A program made the translations under genes and the position numbers. The notes beneath the pieces are model-generated. The model was not told the origin of the DNA. It worked only from the letters and a program-made list of their open reading frames with translations, and did not search any database. From NCBI GenBank assembly GCA_029008875.1, contig JAQXJP010000003.1:6710-70709 (forward strand): 64,000 nucleotides of DNA. The letters run 5' to 3'. Source of the DNA: Lachnospiraceae bacterium. Its GTDB lineage: Bacteria > Bacillota > Clostridia > Lachnospirales > Lachnospiraceae. Positions 60,640 through 64,000 of the stretch are shown piece by piece (within the stretch, counting starts at the first letter, position 1; the number at the start of each line of letters is the position of its first letter).

Positions 60640-60669
60640 CACGATAAACGCACGCGTGCGTTTATCGTG
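60640..60669. repeat. 30-bp perfect palindrome
   Basis: CACGATAAACGCACGCGTGCGTTTATCGTG; shares an 18-bp core with 60096-60115. Confidence 0.85.
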
Positions 60670-60779
60670 TTTGTTATCGTTGAATTGCCAATGGCTGATG
60701 GGCCCCGGCGGACTGCCAACGGCAGCGGCAATGGGAAAATTTGCGGCATGGAGAATTATGAGGAGGAGTAAAGCCTAAA

Positions 60780-61208
60780 ATGACGGAAGTGAAATTCTAT
60801 GACAAGGCAGAGGATGAACTGCTAAAATTTGCTGTGATCATATCGAAAACCCGGAATAAATATGTTTTTTGCAAGCATAAGGACAGGGATACCTGGGAAG
60901 TTCCGGGAGGGCATAGAGAAGAAGGGGAAAATATCGTCGATACGGCTAAGCGAGAACTGTATGAGGAAACGGGAGCTGTGGAATTTGCGATTGAGCCCAT
61001 ATGTGTATATTCTGTCACAGCGCCCGATAATTTCGATGGCAGGGAAACCTTCGGAATGTTATTCTTCGCTGACATAAAACGGTTTGAGGCGGAGTTACAT
61101 AGTGAAATTGAAAAAATCACCATAATGGATGAATTGCCAAAGCGGTGGACATATCCCGACATCCAGCCGGAATTGATGAAGGAAGCCAAGAGACGGGGCT
61201 TCCTATAA
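60780..61208 (+). CDS. NUDIX hydrolase
   Basis: Nudix box GGHREEGENIVDTAKRELYEETGA. Confidence 0.93.
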   Translation: MTEVKFYDKAEDELLKFAVIISKTRNKYVFCKHKDRDTWEVPGGHREEGENIVDTAKRELYEETGAVEFAIEPICVYSVTAPDNFDGRETFGMLFFADIKRFEAELHSEIEKITIMDELPKRWTYPDIQPELMKEAKRRGFL

Positions 61209-61234
61209 GGAGATGAAAAAGAAAGGGAGGAACA

Positions 61235-61555
61235 TTATTTCCCCTTCGCCAGAAGGCCATAATGTTCCTCCATGTTTCCGCTCAAGGTGATGTTCGTGTA
61301 ACCCATTTTTTTCAATGCCTTTTTCGCTTTCTGGATTCTGCAGCTGTATGAGCCGATGAGAAAAAGATGGGATGATTTATCCTTGATGCGGTGCTCGATT
61401 AAGTCCAGCCGGTCTATGGGGATGTTGATGGCACCCTTCACATGGCCTGCCTGGAAAAATTCTTTGGATCTGATATCAATGAGGTAGGCGTTTGGTTCGG
61501 TTCTCGACTGATTGATTCCCTCGTTCACGGTAAGTACTTTTTCAAAAAGTCCCAT
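61235..61555 (-). CDS. Rhodanese-like domain protein
   Basis: LIDIRS..FFQAGHVKGAINIP, LKKMGYTNI; start ATG 61555 after GGAGG. Confidence 0.8.
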   Translation of the reverse strand: MGLFEKVLTVNEGINQSRTEPNAYLIDIRSKEFFQAGHVKGAINIPIDRLDLIEHRIKDKSSHLFLIGSYSCRIQKAKKALKKMGYTNITLSGNMEEHYGLLAKGK

Positions 61556-61647
61556 CACGGTATTCCTCCGATTGCTCCTGTGCCTGACAGCACATTTATA
61601 TTCATGATACAAGTGTACTATCAATGGCACCGGAATGCAAACAGATA

Positions 61648-62277
61648 CTACAAATTCATTCGGGATACGATATCATTCCACGCTTCCTCGTCGATTTCCT
61701 CGTCGCGGAACAGTTTCTTCCGATCGGCGTCGGTAATTTTTCGGATGACCTTGCATGGATTGCCCGCTGCGATGCACCAGTCCGGGATATCCCTGGTGAC
61801 TACGCTGCCCGCACCGATGACCACATTGCTTCCAATGTGGACCCCAGGGCAAACCACGGTATTTCCGCCAATCCATACGTTGTCGCCGATGGTCACTTCC
61901 TTCCCATATTCGTAGGTGGAATTTCGACTGGCCGGATGGATGGGGTGGCCTGCGGTATAGATTGCCACATTGGGCGCCAGCAGGCAGTTATCTCCAATCT
62001 TGATTTTGGCAACATCCAAGAAGGTGCAGTTGTAATTGGCAAAAAAGTTTTTTCCGACTTCGATATGGGTTCCGTAATCACAGTAGAAGGGCGGATTGAT
62101 GAATGCACCCTCCGATTTTCCCAAAAGCTCTGCCACAATTTTATTGATTTCTTCGAAATCAGAACGGTCCGCAAAATTCAATCGCTGCAAAAGCTTTCTG
62201 CATACCCGCTGTTCTTCGAAAATGCTCTCATCAGATATGTACGCAAGCCCCGCATCTCTGCGCTCTATGTTTGTCAT
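61648..62277 (-). CDS. maa: Maltose/galactoside O-acetyltransferase
   Basis: PPFYCDYGTHI, HPIHPASR, IGDNVWIGG, AAGNPCKVIR hexapeptide motifs. Confidence 0.92.
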   Translation of the reverse strand: MTNIERRDAGLAYISDESIFEEQRVCRKLLQRLNFADRSDFEEINKIVAELLGKSEGAFINPPFYCDYGTHIEVGKNFFANYNCTFLDVAKIKIGDNCLLAPNVAIYTAGHPIHPASRNSTYEYGKEVTIGDNVWIGGNTVVCPGVHIGSNVVIGAGSVVTRDIPDWCIAAGNPCKVIRKITDADRKKLFRDEEIDEEAWNDIVSRMNL

Positions 62278-62298
62278 TGTCTTATCCTCCCCCGTTTC

Positions 62299-63981
62299 CT
62301 ACATGTGATCGGCACATTCCAGGACAATCACTTCGCAACTCTTCAGGTTCAGAAGCTGTGCCGGGATTTCTGTCGTGTTTTGGTTTGACAGAAGGATTCG
62401 CTTAACCGGATGGTCCAATTTGAGTGTCACGGTCTCTTCCCCGAAATTGGCAGCCACCAATACCTGTTTCTGCTCATCTTCACGGTAATATGCCATGACG
62501 GTTTCCGTATCCGTATACGAAGGGACAAATTTGCCGTAGGTAAATACCTCTTTATACTCCGCAGATTTGCGTGTCGCCACCAGCCTGCGGTAGTAATTCA
62601 GCACGGAATCCGGGTCCTGCTCCTGGCTTTCCGCGTTGATGGCCGTGTAGTTGGGATTGACTTTGAGCCAGGGGGTACCTGTGGTGAAGCCCGCGTTTGC
62701 CTGCCCATTCCATTGAACCGGAGTTCTGGCATTATCGCGGCTCATTCTTCCGCAGACCGTGAGCGCCTCGGCATCCGTAAGCCCGGCTTCCCTTGCAACG
62801 TGGTACTGGTCCTTGGTGCTGATGTCATCGTATTCCTCAATACTGTTCCACACGGAGTTTTGCATACCGATTTCCTGGCCCTGGTAGATAAACGGAATTC
62901 CTCGAAGCAAAAGGCTTACGGTTCCCAGCATTTTGGTTCCGGCAGCAGTTCTGGCATATTCCGGCAGGAAGCGGGATACACCGCGGGGTTCATCGTGATT
63001 TTCAATAATATTTGCCTCGAACCCACATTCCTGTACCTCCAACTGGGAGTCCATGATAGCTTTTCTCCACGCCTTGAAATCGATGGGCGGAGCATCGTAC
63101 CAGCCGTGCGCTCCGTCGCTGAGACAATGGGCACTGAAATCGAAGATGGTGGAGAAATGTCCGTCCTCACCAATGAAGGCGGGGAGTTCTCCCTCCTTCA
63201 TATTGAATACCTCCGCAACCGTAAAGGCATCGTGTTTTTGGAAGGTATTTCTCTTTAGATCCTGCAAAAATTCTCCGACTCCATCCACGCTTTCCACCAT
63301 TTTCCAACAGCCTGCCAATCCGTCCGGACCATCCGGCTCAAAATCAGGGAAATCCAGATTCTTTTTGATATTGATGATGGCATCAATGCGGAAGCCTGCC
63401 AGACCTTTTTCCAGCCACCAGTTCACCATGTTGTAAAGCTCCTGCCGCAGCCTAGGATTTTCCCAGTTTAAATCAGGCTGCTCCTTGGCAAACATGTGGA
63501 AGTAGTAGAGGTCCGTTCCGGGCACCGGCTCCCAACAGTTGCCGCCGAAATAGGAACGGTAATTGCTTGGGGGATTCCCGTCCTTTCCTTTTCGGAAATA
63601 GAAGTAATCGCCGTATTCTCCCTCCGGATTCGCCAATGCTTTTTGAAACCATTCATGTTGGTCGGAGCAGTGGTTAATCACCAGATCCATGATAATGTAC
63701 ATGTCGCGCTTCTTGGCTTCCGCCAGCAGCTCATCAAATTCTTCCATGGTTCCGAATTCCTCCGCAATGGCGTAGTAATCGGAAATGTCGTAGCCCTGGT
63801 CCACAAAGGGGGACTTGTAGATGGGGGAGAGCCAGATAATATCCACGCCCAACGCTTTCAGATAGTCCAACTTCGAGATAATCCCCCGCAAGTCACCGAT
63901 TCCATCCCCGTTGCTGTCCAGAAAACTTTTGGGATAAATTTGATATGCAACCTTGTCATGCCACCATTTTTGATTCATCAT
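62299..63981 (-). CDS. GH13 oligo-1,6-glucosidase / alpha-glucosidase
   Basis: YQIYPKSF.DSNGDGIGDL, DLVINH, GFRIDAI, VAE, IENHD, SRDNARTP. Confidence 0.95.
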   Translation of the reverse strand: MMNQKWWHDKVAYQIYPKSFLDSNGDGIGDLRGIISKLDYLKALGVDIIWLSPIYKSPFVDQGYDISDYYAIAEEFGTMEEFDELLAEAKKRDMYIIMDLVINHCSDQHEWFQKALANPEGEYGDYFYFRKGKDGNPPSNYRSYFGGNCWEPVPGTDLYYFHMFAKEQPDLNWENPRLRQELYNMVNWWLEKGLAGFRIDAIINIKKNLDFPDFEPDGPDGLAGCWKMVESVDGVGEFLQDLKRNTFQKHDAFTVAEVFNMKEGELPAFIGEDGHFSTIFDFSAHCLSDGAHGWYDAPPIDFKAWRKAIMDSQLEVQECGFEANIIENHDEPRGVSRFLPEYARTAAGTKMLGTVSLLLRGIPFIYQGQEIGMQNSVWNSIEEYDDISTKDQYHVAREAGLTDAEALTVCGRMSRDNARTPVQWNGQANAGFTTGTPWLKVNPNYTAINAESQEQDPDSVLNYYRRLVATRKSAEYKEVFTYGKFVPSYTDTETVMAYYREDEQKQVLVAANFGEETVTLKLDHPVKRILLSNQNTTEIPAQLLNLKSCEVIVLECADHM

Positions 63982-64000
63982 TCTGCCTCCCTTTCCTTAC

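Noticed and set aside
60690-60750. Short GC-rich stretch upstream of the NUDIX gene
   Set aside because: No clean stem, repeat partner or recognizable motif.
62410-63258. 282-aa plus-strand ORF, and 61624-62388 likewise
   Set aside because: Antisense shadows of the GH13 and acetyltransferase genes.

Overview
Window from a low-GC, flagellated, probably spore-forming Firmicute (Lachnospiraceae-like; inferred from MVVQHN-type flagellins and the RpoB insertion). 1-36.5 kb is a flagellin/flagellar-glycosylation island: two tandem short flagellins, about 27 glycosyl-, LicD-, cytidylyl- and methyltransferase-type genes, a decapitated third flagellin, a FliD-like gene and two self-contained inserted modules (an AAA ATPase with a 29-bp repeat array, and a DUF3990/XRE pair under a 47-bp palindrome). 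36.9-54.6 kb is the conserved rpmG-secE-nusG-rplKA-rplJL-rpoBC and rpsL-rpsG-fusA-tuf region. 54.5-60.0 kb is an apparently integrase-less 5.4-kb element integrated into the 3' end of tuf (55-bp direct repeat, matching arm-type repeats at both ends), carrying an ECF sigma/anti-sigma module, an atypical orphan response regulator and relics of a mobilizable element. 60-64 kb holds a truncated wHTH gene between palindromes, a NUDIX hydrolase, a rhodanese-like protein, a sugar O-acetyltransferase and a GH13 glucosidase. No rRNA, tRNA or CRISPR array was seen. All family assignments come from motif recognition, not database searches.
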